From: Nitrosopumilaceae archaeon
Lineage (GTDB): Archaea > Thermoproteota > Nitrososphaeria > Nitrososphaerales > Nitrosopumilaceae
Length of the DNA stretch: 64,000 nucleotides
Assembly (NCBI GenBank): GCA_965207375.1
Contig: CBDBMG010000001.1
Location: forward strand, 160,001-224,000
Direction of reading: 5' to 3'
Shown: in pieces, positions 14,728 to 28,500 of the stretch
Layout of the letters: the number at the start of each line of letters is the position of its first letter
Position numbering within the stretch: position 1 is the stretch's first letter
The notes under the pieces: model-generated
Told to the model about the DNA's origin: nothing
Seen by the model: only the letters and a program-made list of their open reading frames with translations
Databases searched by the model: none
Program-made: the position numbers and the translations under genes

Positions 14728-14999
14728 CACCGCCAGTATCACTACCAATGATATTTCCAACTGTTATATCATTAACATGTGGACAAAACATTACCATTGA
14801 AACTTTAGTAGGAGTAGCTTCTCTTGTTATTCAGTGCATTTTATCATTTACTTTGACTACAGCAGAAGTTTATAAGGATGGTGAATTAGTTAGTAATAAT
14901 TTTTCACTGACAATTACGCCTGCTAGCAATGCTGATTTTGGTACATATACTTTTGTAGCATCAACTGAAGGGTGTGGTTCAACTAGTGCAGTGTCTAGA
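14728..14999 (+). CDS. Atypical Ig-like domain exon
   Basis: AG at 14726-27. Reads LTCGQNITI...IQC...YKDGE...LTI...DFGTYTF...C. Donor GTCAGT at 15000 appears phase 0, so the 3' boundary is uncertain. Confidence 0.75.
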
Positions 15000-15290
15000 G
15001 TCAGTTTTATAAGATTTATATTTCAAAAGTGGTACACTACAACACCACATATTTGTATAAGCATGGCATTGAATTGATGGGTATCTACGTATACTTTAAA
15101 ACACAATACAGAAGAAATTTTCACATGGTATGCATGCAGTAATGTTCAACCTCAGTAATTGTGCTTAGTGGTATTTCAATTACTGAACTGGTTTTCAAGT
15201 AAAATATCTCAGTTTTCTCTGCTTAACTTACAACTGTTCATTGCTTTTATACATTACCATAACTTTTGTGCTTTGTGTTATGTGTATGCT

Positions 15291-16800
15291 TATATGCTAA
15301 ACAAAAACAGCCTGGCTGTAAAAAAGTGCGAGGCCAATCAGAAGCCACAATGGTTATATTAGCGACCAAAAACTCTGATATCAAGTAAGGCCAAGAAGTT
15401 GAACATTTTATTAAGAATCCTTTTACTTGAATGACATACAATAGTTTACAGGGAATTTTCACAACTATGATTGGCTTTGTCACTTGGCCACCTTTTTGCA
15501 CCATCATCTTTAATAAGGTGGCCAATTGCAAGTGACAAAGCCAATCATAGTTGTGAAAATGCCCTGTAAACTATTGTATGTCATTCAAGTAAAAGGATTC
15601 TTAATAAAATGTTCAACTTCTTGGCCTTACTTGATATCAGAGTTTTTGGTCGCTTATAACCATTGTGGCTTCTGATTGGCCTCGCACTTTTTTTACAGCC
15701 AGGCTGTTTTTGTTTAGCATATCACTGCTTTTTGTAAGTATTCAAAAACAGATCATATAATATAAACAAGTCCTGACAAGAAACCTTATATAAAGTATGC
15801 AGAGTAATAAAATTTTAAGGGGAGAGGAGGAAGTTAATACTTTGGGTGTTTCCCTTGTATTTCCCCCAAGTAGCTAAAATGAATATATAAAGTATGTGTT
15901 ATTAAATATAATTGTTAGCTATGTAGGTGGAGAACAGTTGAGAACTTCAATGAAGCCGGCTACATCATTGCCATCCTCTACTGACAGTCTGTTGATCGAT
16001 CTATAGGAGAAAACAATATTATAGTGTTTTAAACAAAAATTTTATATGCTAGTAGAGACAGTGGTAATATATTTTGTGTATCTGAAATTTCATTCAAATG
16101 ATTTAGAGGGGGTCTGAGTTATGGAAACTATCAACATACAGTGTAAAAGTACCTCTCAAATACATTGAGGTATTTACTTTATGCTGAAAGTTGTTTGTCT
16201 GGTAGAGCATACATAGAAGAAGTGTTGATACAAATTTGGTTGCAGAAATGAGTGAGTTATTAGACAAACAAGTGTATGTACTAAATGAGTGTTTCAAATA
16301 GAAATTCCGGGATTCACACGGGGGTCATGCGCAAGCCCACAAAAAGTGTGCAAAGAAAATGAAAGAAAAAAAGCCACGGCCGCGTAAAATTTTTTTGATG
16401 ACAGGAAGGACTGAAAGGACTTTGTATGGCTGTTGCTGAACCAATATTGATGAACTTCAGGACAACAATTCCTCACACACTATATAAAGGTACTATTTGT
16501 CTAGTAAACGGGTGAATGGGCACCAAAGGATGGTTTTTCGAGCGTGGGTGCACGAACGGGCGCCATAAAACTTGCAATGGCTGGTACTTAGGATTGGTGG
16601 TGCCGATTTCCTCCATTGTCGGGTTACTAATTCTATATAGTTAGAACATTCTGAGTCCTGAATAACTAGACGATAGCTGTCGTGGCGGCTTAGTCACAGC
16701 ATTTTCAAATTTCAGAACGGTGCTACGAGTAAATAACTCACTCATTCGTCACATACGGCTGCTTCTTCTTGGCCTCATGACTCACTATCGTGAGTCTTGA
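15291..16800 (-). mobile_element. Non-autonomous Helitron-like element, family A (most intact copy)
   Basis: Near-perfect palindrome 15292-15722 with ~200-bp arms. Right end CTTCTTGGCCTCAT-GACTCAC-TATC-GTGAGTC-TTGA|T. Confidence 0.8.
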
Positions 16801-17559
16801 TTTCTAGCACTGCATTAGTTATGATATCGGTGAAGTTATTCTTTAAGATCAATGAGGACATGCATGTCATATTATTTGCAAACATTGAGTAGATTCCTGT
16901 TTGGAAACATGCAGTCTTAATTGTGACTTGACCATCAAGCATGCTGGCGAAGTGAGTGAGTGTCAAGTATAGAGGTTTATAAAAAAGTATCAGTTATCTA
17001 TGGTATAACAATGTATCGATTACTGCCAGCTCAGGCGCTTATTTGATAAAACCCTGCGTGATAAGAAGATGTAAGCCACAATGGTACAGTACTACGTAGC
17101 TTGGCTCACACAACTTTAAAAAACCTTATTAGAGAAGGAGCAATTGCAAAGATTATTTTTATAATTTGCAACAAATTGATGAGTTCCTGTGGAGGTTCCT
17201 GTTTTCCGTTCCTGCTCCCAGAATTCTACCCATTTAAAAGCAAGTATATGATTATTATCTCTGTTACTAACTGTTGTCACCCTTTGGAATTTTACACCAA
17301 TAACATTATTGTATTTTATTTTCCATATATATAGCACAGATAACCATGCATACTTTATTTTCCATACAGCACTTTATGGAAAATAAAGCATATTAGTCCT
17401 TTTGATTTGCTCACTATTATCATAAAAACAGACCCATTGCATAAACATGCTGGCTATAGATATACGTACATATGATACACTTTATCTTAATTGTAATAGT
17501 CATTAACTATATATAAATCACTTTATCAATGGAATGTTACATAAAATGGTTATTTTTAG

Positions 17560-17697
17560 TTATCACTGTGATGTTTGAGCATTCAATATACAAAGTTGAT
17601 GAAGATGCTGGACCAGCACAACCTGTACTAGTTCTCAATTGCCAATCATCAATGGAATGTAATGTAACAGTGTTTAACACTAATGGATCAGCTAGTG
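17560..17697 (+). CDS. Calx-beta domain exon 1
   Basis: ITVMFEHSIYKVDEDAGPAQPVLVL...TNGSAS, with AG and GTGAG boundaries, phase 1-1. Confidence 0.9.
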
Positions 17698-17768
17698 GTG
17701 AGTACTGTAGTATGTATAATTATTTGATTGACTATTAATACTATAATGGTATGACTAACATGTTACAG

Positions 17769-17975
17769 GAGGAGGTTTTGATTATATTTCTGGACCATAC
17801 ACTGTCACATTTCCTGCTGGAGTGACAAGGGTTCCATTTGATATTCCAATATATGATGATAACATATTGGAAGGCAATGAGAGCTTTATACTCACTATTA
17901 GCCCATCCTCACTACCCACTGGTGTTACTGTTGGTGATCCTGGTCAAGCTACAGTGACCATAGTGGATATTGAGT
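17769..17975 (+). CDS. Calx-beta domain exon 2
   Basis: GGFDYISGPYTVTFPAGVTRVPFDIPIYDDNILEGNESFILTI...QATVTIVD, containing the DD..E..E.F Calx-beta motif. Not in the ORF track. Confidence 0.92.
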
Positions 17976-18863
17976 GTTAGTAATTCATTACATTAATAAC
18001 ATGTAGCTACATACAGTAAACGTTATGAAAAATACAGTTAGCTAAATTTAAGTGTAGGAATCTTTATATGAAGCAAGCAAAATCTTATGATATATTTTTA
18101 GATCATGCATGCCAATAAAATAAATGTACAAGCTGTAGATGTATTAGTTCCTTACAAATTACAGTAAAAAGTATTACAGTACGATATGTCTTAGAGTATC
18201 TAGTGTGATGTCATTAGGTGTAAATATATTATTCTTGGCCACACCACCTCGTTTAGACAATGTTATTTTTATTCTGAGAGTGATGTGTGCCAGATTTCTA
18301 CTAGCTATATAGATTTACAAAATGGTCTTAATTACAGGGGCGGATCTGGAACTTCCTGAGAGGGGGGCTAACCATTGTAGTAAATCTCTGCAGCAGGCCG
18401 GGGGTCTGGGGGCACAGCCCCCAGAAGCTATAGGGTATTCAGTTCATTTTGTAAAGTGCCAAAATGCCACCTACGTGACACAAGATTTAGAGTGTATTTA
18501 ATTCAGTTTGTAAGAACTGAAGAGCTAACCAAAATAGTACCAGGTGTTGTGGTGGGTGCAATCCTTCTTTAGAAGGTGTATAGGCAGGTATGCATTAGAA
18601 ATAACTACTGAGTGTTGTTCTAGTCAGACTAATATCACCATTTTTAATCAAAACTAAACTAATTGTTTACTACTTAGCTGCCAGTTCTGTAAATGAGTCA
18701 TTTTAGTAAAATGACTAAAACTAAATTATAGTAGCTAATGAATAATTTATTATAATGAACAATTTTAGTTCAATGACTAAAGATTAAATGATGGTTGGTT
18801 GCATTAATCAACACTAATAGTGTTTGAATTGCAGCATAACTTTGTAATACACAATGAATGTAG

Positions 18864-19120
18864 CTACGTATAAACTCAGTTTCAGTAGTGATAACGATAT
18901 AGGAACAACTACAGGAATCATTGCAGGCATAATTCTTTTCATAATTGGAATTCCAGCACTAGTATTGGTCCTTTTTATATACATTATAAAACGAAGGCAC
19001 GCCATATCTCATCAAAAATTTGAAAATGAAAAAGATGATGAAACAGTTAATGGTGTTGCAATATATGATGCTGAGGAGACAACAGTCTCAGTTGACAATT
19101 CAACTTATGAAAAACATTAG
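18864..19120 (+). CDS. Transmembrane plus short cytoplasmic tail exon (terminal)
   Basis: Phase-1 acceptor at 18862-63. Hydrophobic GIIAGIILFIIGIPALVLVLFIYII followed by KRR stop-transfer; tail contains AIYDA and NSTYEKH*. Confidence 0.8.
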
Positions 19121-19342
19121 CGTTTAGCTATGTAGCTATAGCTATACTCTAGCTAGCCACATATTATTTTAACTGTAGCTTATCCCATTCTGATTTTTAA
19201 GCTGTGCATGTTACGTAAATTCAAATCATTAACATATTTATATAATACATTCCTTATAGTTAGTACAACAGAACTGGTAACAGTTAAAAGAAGTAGCTAC
19301 CTTGTTAGCTATAGCTAAATAGCTAGTTATTATGTAGCTATA

Positions 19343-19484
19343 CACTGTTAAAACTGCTGTGTTGTTTTAGCACACAAATAAGTCATATTTGGTACCCTCT
19401 TTCTGTTTTTCTCCGTTTTTCTCTGTGACATGGTACCAAATATGACTCATCTTTTGTTAAAACAACACAGCAGTTTTAACAGTG
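19343..19484. mobile_element. Fold-back MITE with CACTG...CAGTG ends
   Basis: TA|CACTGTTAAAACTGCTGTGTTGTTTTA ... TAAAACAACACAGCAGTTTTAACAGTG|TA. Confidence 0.8.
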
Positions 19485-21074
19485 TAGATATGTATATGCA
19501 TTCAGGAAAATATAATGTTGCCTGATTACAATAGTGACCAGCTAACTAACTAGCTATTGTATGGTGATTTTTGAGGCTACAAATAGACATAGCCTTTGCA
19601 TATACTGTCATATAGCCTCAGTAAAGTTACAATGACAATTTCTAGTTGCTATAGCTAACATAAAAACCTTTAACACTTTCACATTCTTGAGGTGAATGCC
19701 TCAGTACCACAAGGACTTGCAAATTGAATCTGTAAGACATAGCTAATCCGTAAAGCATGGTCTACAAAGCATAGCCAAGTGTCCTTTAAAGTTAATGGCT
19801 TACTTAACATGTACACAAGACTTACATATTTGTAAACAATGGTATAATAACTATATCTACAAGCTATAGCCTTAGACAACAGTCATTTGAGCTTGAACAT
19901 TGGTTCCTTATACTTTATGAATTACACTTTTTATAGCTTTTTGGATTCAATTTGCAAGTTTCTGTAAAAGCTACTACGTAGATATTTTTGCAAGTAATGC
20001 ATGATAGCTACTGAGCTTATATAGCTAGAGGAATATGTACAAATATATAATTATTAATATTGGTAATAAGATCAGTAATTATTGATATTTCTATTTTTAG
20101 CAGTAGTATCAGTGATTTTCAAAATGGTTTTAGCTATTTCAAAAGCTTTGATGATTAATAAAGGCTTGTGGGTATATATATGTATTAACACCCCGTGTAT
20201 AGTCAGTAAATGTAATCGGATATAGCTATGCATGAAATAAATAATCAAGCATTTGCAATTTTAATGAGCACATGCACATAGCTACATGTACATCTAAAAT
20301 ATTTTCTGTGTTGAAACAGTAATTCAAGTTGTCTCTGATTGGTTTAACCACTTAGCTACATGACCTAACATATAGCCAGACAATTTATAGCTATTTGTAT
20401 CCATGCCAATAGGTGTCATTATATTCCATTCCACCTAACAATCCGGTCCATGTTTCATTCATTGATCATTAAAAACATGTAGTAGCTAGTTAGTTTATGA
20501 GCCAATTCTTATACTAATGCTTGCAATTCGATGACAATCCTTCGGAACATAGCTATACAATACGTATACTCATAAAGATCTAGATCGATCACTAACTAGC
20601 TACATGCGGCTATATGTTTTGTTCTGTGACAATTTAACTACTTAGTTCAAAAGGTGTAACTGAACTGATAATTATGCATTATATCATTATAGCTGTATGG
20701 CACCTTTCATGGGAAATGACTAAGTGATAAATACAGACACAGACACAGTCTGTGTCTGATATAATTAGTAATGCACCCGCCGTTAATACTGTTAACAGAC
20801 GCGATGTTTTTGCGTGTACTTATTACATCATTAACTTCAGAATACTTGCCAATATATAACTTTGACTTTTCGCTACAATACAGCTGCTTTACCATGTTAG
20901 CGTTCGTGTTAACAAGCGCCTGTAAACATAATTAAGTTGGCGCCTGTAACGAATTAGGCGCCTCGAAAGTAGTCTAGGGACAGATTGATTTATATTATGT
21001 GATTATGCAAACTATATACGTATATATAATTATACTATGCAAGTATGCTATAAAAAGCAAACAAAATAGAATAA

Positions 21075-21300
21075 TTAAAAATTTAATTCAAAAAGTGAGT
21101 AGGGATCGCTACAAAAAGTAAGGAAACAAGGAATAAGATTTTGGCACAAGAGAACACTAAAGTTTAATCCCTACTTTTGTCTCACAATTTCAGTAGGTTA
21201 GTAGTTAGCTATGATCAAGCCAAAAGTATGTGCCATGCAAAATCTTATTCCTTGTTTCCTTACTTTTTGTAGCAATCCCTACTCACTTTTAAATTTTAAA
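21075..21300. mobile_element. Palindromic MITE; related copy at about 43445-43670
   Basis: AAAAGTGAGTAGGGATCGCTACAAAAAGTAAGGAAACAAGGAATAAGATTTTG and its reverse complement. Confidence 0.75.
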
Positions 21301-21484
21301 ATTTATTCTAGTCATATACATAAGAGGTGTATAACAATAGTGTAATTGCCATGCACTTTTGTATCATGATCTACAGCGATATAAAATGACAGTAAAGTGT
21401 GAAATAACTGATTTTTAGAACTTTTCCAAAATTATAAGCACTAGCTAAATACGTAGTTGCACAGCTGTAAACTGGCAACCATAA

Positions 21485-21540
21485 TCAAGACACACGGTCG
21501 TATGTCAGCGGCCAAGAAAGACACGGGAGCACACATGTGT
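21485..21540 (+). mobile_element. Isolated family-B Helitron-like terminus
   Basis: A|TCAAGACACACGGTCGTATGTCAGCGGCCAAGAAAGAC, the inverse of 31360-31416. Confidence 0.7.
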
Positions 21541-21569
21541 TATATACAACTACAGCATCAGTCATAAAA

Positions 21570-21822
21570 TGTGACCGGATTTTGGAAAACAGACCATTTT
21601 GTCACATTTGACATCATTTGTATTTCTGTATATATTTAAGATACTCCAGACGGTACTACTGGTTTAATAAGTGGTTAAATTAATCGCACACAACTTGAAT
21701 TACTGTTTAAGCATTGGAAATAGTTTAGAAGTACATACTGATTAAAATTACAAATGCATAAACATGGCAATTCTATTTATTTCATGCGTGACAATATGGT
21801 CTGTTTCCAAAATCTGGTCACA
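21570..21822. mobile_element. TGTGAC-family MITE
   Basis: TIR TGTGACCGGATTTTGGAAA. Close copy at 39858-40108 and degenerate copy at about 34570-34807. Confidence 0.88.
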
Positions 21823-23266
21823 AATACTATACGTATAAGTAGCTATACAGTTTTGATGTTGATACATCGATATATCACGATATTCAATATATCAATATGA
21901 CTTAAATGTGTATCAATATAGTATCACTGCCTAATGCCATCACGATATGGCAATACATCAATATAATAATTATTTTTGCAAGTTTACTTATTTTTGTAAG
22001 TTAACTTTTCAGACCCCGGCTATTTCTTCCACTATTAAAAGTGAATGGAATTTTTGTGGAATAAGCTTCCTTCTAATGTTTTGGATGTAGCTACAGTTGG
22101 GAACTCGTTCTCCACCTTTAAACTGGCACTATATGTAGCTAGATGGTTGTTTTTGTAATTTATGTTTTGTTCTTGCATGTATTGTTAATTTGTTATGTAG
22201 TTATGTATTTGTTGTATTTAACTAGATATTATGTTTGTAGCTATTGCATGTGTGTGTGTGTGTTTGTAAGTTAATTAACTAGTTAATATTTTTGTTGTGT
22301 ATGTTTTTTTGTTTTTCTGGAGAGCACCTAGTCCAGGCGTGGTCCTTTTATGTAACCCTTTAAAAATTGATAATTATCTAATAATCTAATCTAATGTATA
22401 ATATACGTATTTATTATTGAGAGGATAAGCAGAAGGGTTCCGGATAGGCTATAAATGAAGGCATTCACTATGTCCATGTATACATGCTGATCAGAAACCC
22501 TACAAGGGATATTAAATGAGAAGTAACTGCATATACAACTGGCAGGATGTAGCTAGTTAGTTATAACTATAACATAAAGTCCTTTTATGGGCAATTCCCA
22601 AAATGCACTGACTGGAAAAGTAGCAGCTGATCATCAATTGGTGAACTGTTATTACAAATATGGAAGTAGCTATGTAGCTATATCACACATTGGGTGAAAG
22701 CATTTTTGCAACAGCCGTTATGTAGCTATAGCATGCATGTATATTTTGTATCCTCGTATATAGTTAGTAATTTTGGTTGGTGTATTGTTTACAGTTATGG
22801 TATTTACAGTAGCTACTAATCACTTGTGTATTATCAAGCAATGTAAAGTCATTTCTTAGCTACATGTCGTACACATATTGTATTCAAAAATTTCCAAATA
22901 CTCTGTTCTGTGTAATATAGCCAATTGGAAATAATCGTGTTGCATTGTCTCTGAGTTGCAATAATTGGAGTGCATCTTTTCAATTCTACCACAGATGCAT
23001 AATTATATGCACGTGCACATCGTGATAAAAATTATGTTGTAAATTTTGTATATCACACATCTCTAATTGCTATATCTAGATCTTTCAATTTTGAAGTCCC
23101 TCTATAACCTATAGATAGCTGGGATGACCACACTGGCAGCAACAGGAAGAAACCAGAACATTTGTGGAGTAGCTACAGTTAGAAACCTGAGTTGACCAGT
23201 TTCCTAAAATCTCCAAATTAAATGTCATACTAAAGTGAAATAACCTACCTACTGTAGGTATATACT

Positions 23267-23699
23267 ATCTCAATCAAAAACACCCTGGGTGTAAAAAAAG
23301 GAGCGGCCAAGAACTAAAAAAAAAGAAAAAAGGCCTGGATAAAAAAGAAGTGAAATCAAAATGGGCGGCCAAGGCCTATGTAGTGTTACTGCTGATGGAA
23401 ATAAAAATTTTAATAATCACAAGTCAGGCCGCAAAACATTAACATCTGCTAATGTTTTGCGGCCTGAATTGTGATTATTAAAATTTTTATTTCCATCAGC
23501 AGTAACACTACACAGGCCCTCTGTTAATGTTTTGCGGCCTGACTTGTGATTATTAAAATTTTTATTTCCATCAGCAGTAACACTACATAGGCCTTGGCCG
23601 CCCATTTTGATTTCACTTCTTTTTTATCCAGGCCTTTTTTCTTTTTTTTTAGTTCTTGGCCGCTCCTTTTTTTACACCCAGGGTGTTTTTGATTGAGAT
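23267..23699. repeat. Long near-perfect palindrome with 178-bp arms
   Basis: 23267-23444 is the reverse complement of 23522-23699. The spacer is a third partial copy of the inner arm. Contains GCGGCCAAGAA. Confidence 0.95.
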
Positions 23700-24483
23700 T
23701 TCACTTCTTTTTTAGAAAAAACAGGTCAACTATTAGCTGTAGCTATATAGTCAGCTTCCATGCATGAGCATTAAATTACTGTTTGAGGGTGTATCATTCT
23801 TTTAAATTGTGTATAAAGTTTTGAATTTCTTTACTGATTTCATAGCTACAGCTATGAATGTGTGGTGAGCAATGTTTCTCTATCAATTTTAATTTGGCAA
23901 TGTGAGTCATGATACGATTGGAAAATTACTAAATGGTAGGCCTGAGTCAATTTTTGCTCAGTTCAGGAATTTCTATATACTTACAGATTAGATATGCTCT
24001 ATTAGAATATTTCTACCTTGATTGTTCTATTAGAGAGATCATTCTATTCAACGTTTAATTCACCCAATATACTAGCAATATGCTAGCCTTTATTATACTG
24101 GCATAGATAGCTATTTGATGCAGGCTTATACATTTATATATACCTGTAAATTGAACCACCTATAGTTGGATTAAGCTAGTTGTAGCTACAGCTTTTTCAG
24201 TAATTATAAACTGGTTTACATTAATTAGCTATTATGTATAATTTACCCATGAATGTGATGTGACAGCTAATTTTAATATGATGAATATCAAATTTTTATT
24301 ATAGTGTAAGCCACAGTGAGCACAATACAGGATAAATTGAAGGGTTGATGATCTGATATCGTCAGGTTCTACCTCTCTAGACAGCAACTCTTTGTGACCA
24401 TTATACAGCACAGGTGGTATATAGGAGCTACATTGGGAGAATTCATTGCTAAACCGATAGCTAGCCAGTTGCTATAACATGTA

Positions 24484-24718
24484 TGTGACTGACCCTGCAA
24501 AAATCAACAACGTAGCTATGTAGTTGCACAAAATCACCTAATTTGTTCATCATACTTATGCTCTATTTATAGTAGCAATCTACAATTTTCATCATAATGC
24601 AGTATCTTTTGAAATTTGTAGAATGATATTAGCTACTCCTTTAAAACTAAGATATTCATGAATATCTAACTAGGTGTAATTTGTGCTCACATGATTGATT
24701 TTCACAGGGCCTGTCACA
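24484..24718. mobile_element. TGTGAC-type MITE
   Basis: TA|TGTGACTGACCCTGCAAAAATCAA ... TTGATTTTCACAGGGCCTGTCACA|TA. Confidence 0.7.
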
Positions 24719-25229
24719 TATTTGCAAGTCAAGTAGCTGAAAATGTTAATTACATGGATATCTGGCATACAATTACATCCAGTAATCAGTTGCTGTGTTG
24801 TGACAACATACACAAGAATTTCTCTGCAAAGATAGTTGAACACAGCAATACAAAACAAGTAGCTCGCTAGCTACCTAGCAAGAGAGTTTGGAGTGGCAGA
24901 CTATGTAGCTATGCATACATACTTTCCTTGCACATATGTTAGTGTAACCTTTAATATGGTTTAATTCTTTAACTATGTATAGCTGTACTTTAATAAATTC
25001 ATATAAAACTAAGAATTGTTACAGTATTGTTAAGTGTAGTTTCTTGAACTTTCTCTGAAGATGCCTGCCATTAAAATATTTTCTTCAGTGGGGTATTGGA
25101 TATTGACTGTTGTGATTCTATGACACATTCAGGAGGGTGGTCATTTACGTATGGTAAGTCAGCTATTAGTCACAATGCTAAACTAGCATTGTGTCCAGGG
25201 CCCACCACCGTGGAGGTTGCTGATTTCGG

Positions 25230-25396
25230 GCCCCACCACCACCATCCCCTCCACCACCACGTAAAATCATCATCATCGTCGTCATCATCCTTATCATCAT
25301 CATCTTCTTCATATCATCATATCATCATCAACTTTACAAACATTTTGATTTCATAAACACCGTTGTTGTTGTTGTTGTTGTTGTTGTTATCATCAT
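25230..25396. repeat. CAC/CAT/GTT trinucleotide low-complexity tract
   Basis: Seen directly; lies just downstream of the USP-B stop. Confidence 0.85.
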
Positions 25397-25529
25397 TTAC
25401 CTATATAAAAACATACAAGATAATCAAGACAATACATGCAGCTACAATGTGGTACTAATCAGTGAGCGAATTCTATCATCTTCTTCACCCAGTTTAACAT
25501 GCATGAAGAACATGAACATCTAAAAGCAA

Positions 25530-28500
25530 TCAGCGATGACCTGAAGGTTGTTTGGCATAGAATAAAATATAAACATCACTGTTGGTTTCTGGTTCTAATG
25601 CCCTTGTTAAATGATAATCATTGACCAATGTCCATCCTCTATTCTGCTTGTGATAGGAGGTGTAATGACCTGAGAGTGCACTAGGGCCATGATGGCTAAC
25701 AATGTTGTGCACTTTGTAGCACTGCCCTTGCACACTTATAGTACCGCTGGTGACATCGTCTATAGAAACTCTTAGTTTGTGTGGTATTCCATCTACTCCA
25801 ATCACGTACAACTTAAGCTGTACAACAATAAGTTCACTAGCTCCGACCAGTTCTTGACGCGTCTGAAAAACAGCTCCATCGGCATTGCATGTACTGCAGT
25901 GTGAACCCAGCATGGTTTCCCAATCGCCTAATTTTGCCAATAATTCGTGTAATCTCACTGTGGTTGAGTCAGCTGGTATCACTAATGGCAAGATAGTGTT
26001 AGCTTCATGTCTACTGCTTGTGTATGTGCAGTTGGAACATCGTAGGTATGTTGTAATGGTATACTGTAAGCAGTTTTTAAAGGTGTACAGAACATGGCTA
26101 ATGCTTCTAAAAATTCAGCTGCATCTTGTTGTCTATTAACAGAAAAGGGTGCTCGAAGCAGTTTACGAACAGATCTGCTGGTAAGAAGGTCGACCTTTGT
26201 AGGATCAACATATAGTTATGAGCCAAATCACGAAGCACAGAATATCTACTAATTACACATGCATTTCTGACAGACCTGTGCTGCAATAAGCATTGTAATA
26301 TTGAGTTTGCATAACACGAAACACAATCATTGTTGGTAAACCCCTTACACTTGTTAAAAGTCAAACTGGTGCCTCCTGATGTTGTGCCATACTCAGCTGC
26401 AGTGTTGGTTGTGGTTGTTGCTGTACCTACTGTTGGGGTTGTTGTTGGAGATACTGTAGTAGGTCCAGTTGTAGTTGTGAAACTTGCTGTTGTGTATGTC
26501 ATAGTTGTTGGTGTAGTTGTGGTGGCTTCGGTTGATACAGATGTGGTTGTCTTCATTCTGTGCGATTTAGCAAAAATGGTTCGTGGTGATGTTGTAGTGC
26601 AATGCCCAGCTTCTCTTCTGCTACTGTCCTTAGCTGCTGTTGTTTTCATAGATGCAACAGTATTTTTAAGGTGATAAAATAATATTAACACGTCTTTTCC
26701 TCCACGAGGCCAAGGGGCAGTAGAGGCAGCCAGATCCTGAAAATGTAGCCACTTTTTTCCTTTAGTTGACAGTATGGCAAAGTAATGACAACTTGGTCTA
26801 CTGCTGGGTAAAAGGCTAACAGCTGACATGAGTTTGTATGTACTACTACCTATTGTAATTGAACTATCTGGTAAGGATATGATGTTTGTCTTTCGCTTGA
26901 TAGTATTACCATCAATGCTACTCCACACATCCATCTGCAATATCAGTACATGTTTGGCATTTACAATTTCTGTACGCACTTTCACTGGATGCTCGCAAAC
27001 ATCACAGAACTTATCTGCTGACTGAGTCCAATCCATGTACATTTACATTAGTTTGGTCAATTTCAAGCTTTTCACTGATGTCGGAATGAATAGTGGAATG
27101 ATGTGCTGTTGGTTTTCAGTAAAACTAGCAATGTTACAGTGGGTACACTAAATGTGCAATCTCACAGTATGCTGAAGTGCGGAGCTTAAGTGTGATGAAT
27201 GGTGCACTAGTGCTTGTAAAAATGCAACAGGACTTTGAGTATGTGGTCCATCAAAAGGCGCTCCTAGTTCCTGCCGGAGCTGTAGACAATCCAAATTACA
27301 CTCAGCCGTTGATGTATATGCATCACACATATCCTTGATAGCTGTACTAGTGCTCTGCTGCATAGCCTGACATACAGCAGGAGACAACAATAGGCATTGC
27401 ATAACTGAATTAGCGTAACTAGAGACGCCATCAGTATTGACAAATCCCTTGCCTTTGAAGGTAACATCTTGAGCTGGTTGGTTGACAGGTTGTTGTACTG
27501 CAGATGCAGACCTGATTGTGCACCACTGTCTATCATCAATTGCTTTGGGACGTCGTTTAGGGAGAACAAATGGTTGCATGTTAGACCTGAAATCTTTTCT
27601 AAGCCGATTATACTCTAAAATTGCTGAATCCAATGCCTTGATAGATCTAGGATCAAAGTTGATTAGGTGCAGGCCTTCAATAGTTTTAACTCTTGAAAGA
27701 GCTACATAAGCTTGACCACAGGTGAAGACAGTGTTGCCGATATCTGTTAAAACATGGTTGAGTGTGAGCCCTTGGCTCTTGTGTATTGTTATGGCATATG
27801 CAGTGGTTATAGGAAACTGAGAGCGAATGACATATACCTTGTCAAACACCTCAAACTTAGTAGTGACCCTTTTCAAGTGATGCTCTTGATTGTTACTGAA
27901 CATGATGGTTACAGTATCCACCTTGTTTGCATGATCAATGCACCATTGAACATTGCGAATCGTTCCAATTGCTCCATTAACCAATCCCAAAGTGACATCT
28001 ATGTTGCGTCGTAGCATAACTTTACAGCCTACTTTTATAGTAATTGTATTCTCTAGACCGGCAGTGTGAGTGGAGTCTTCTGAATATTTTGCTAGTTTTT
28101 GTTTAACAAGGGTTGCTGAACAGTCTACACTGTCTTCTGCAACAATGCTATACCGTTCACCAGTAAGACCCTTCAGCACCTCTGCATTGATCTGTTCACA
28201 CATATGTCTAGTTGGCAATAGACATACTGTGTCCTCTGGTAGCTCTGCAAGCTTGGACACGATTTCCTTCATGCGTTCGTTCACTGTGTCACTCCTAAGC
28301 GGTATCTTGCAATTTGACAATATTTTGATATCACTCGCTGAAAGTGCACCTAACCGAACCCTACCAAGTAGTTCAATAAATTCACCATGTTCCTTCTGTC
28401 TCATGTTGATAGTAAGTTCATCATAGCTGAACAATCGGCTCCAGATATCAGCACCTCCTACAGAACCAGTGTGTTTGTTAACAATGGTAGATGTCAGTGG

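Noticed and set aside
25096-25356. His/Ser-rich ORF
   Set aside because: Trinucleotide low-complexity sequence without splice or domain support.
26330-26674. Val-rich membrane-like ORF
   Set aside because: Antisense shadow of the Thr-rich linker between the USP domains.
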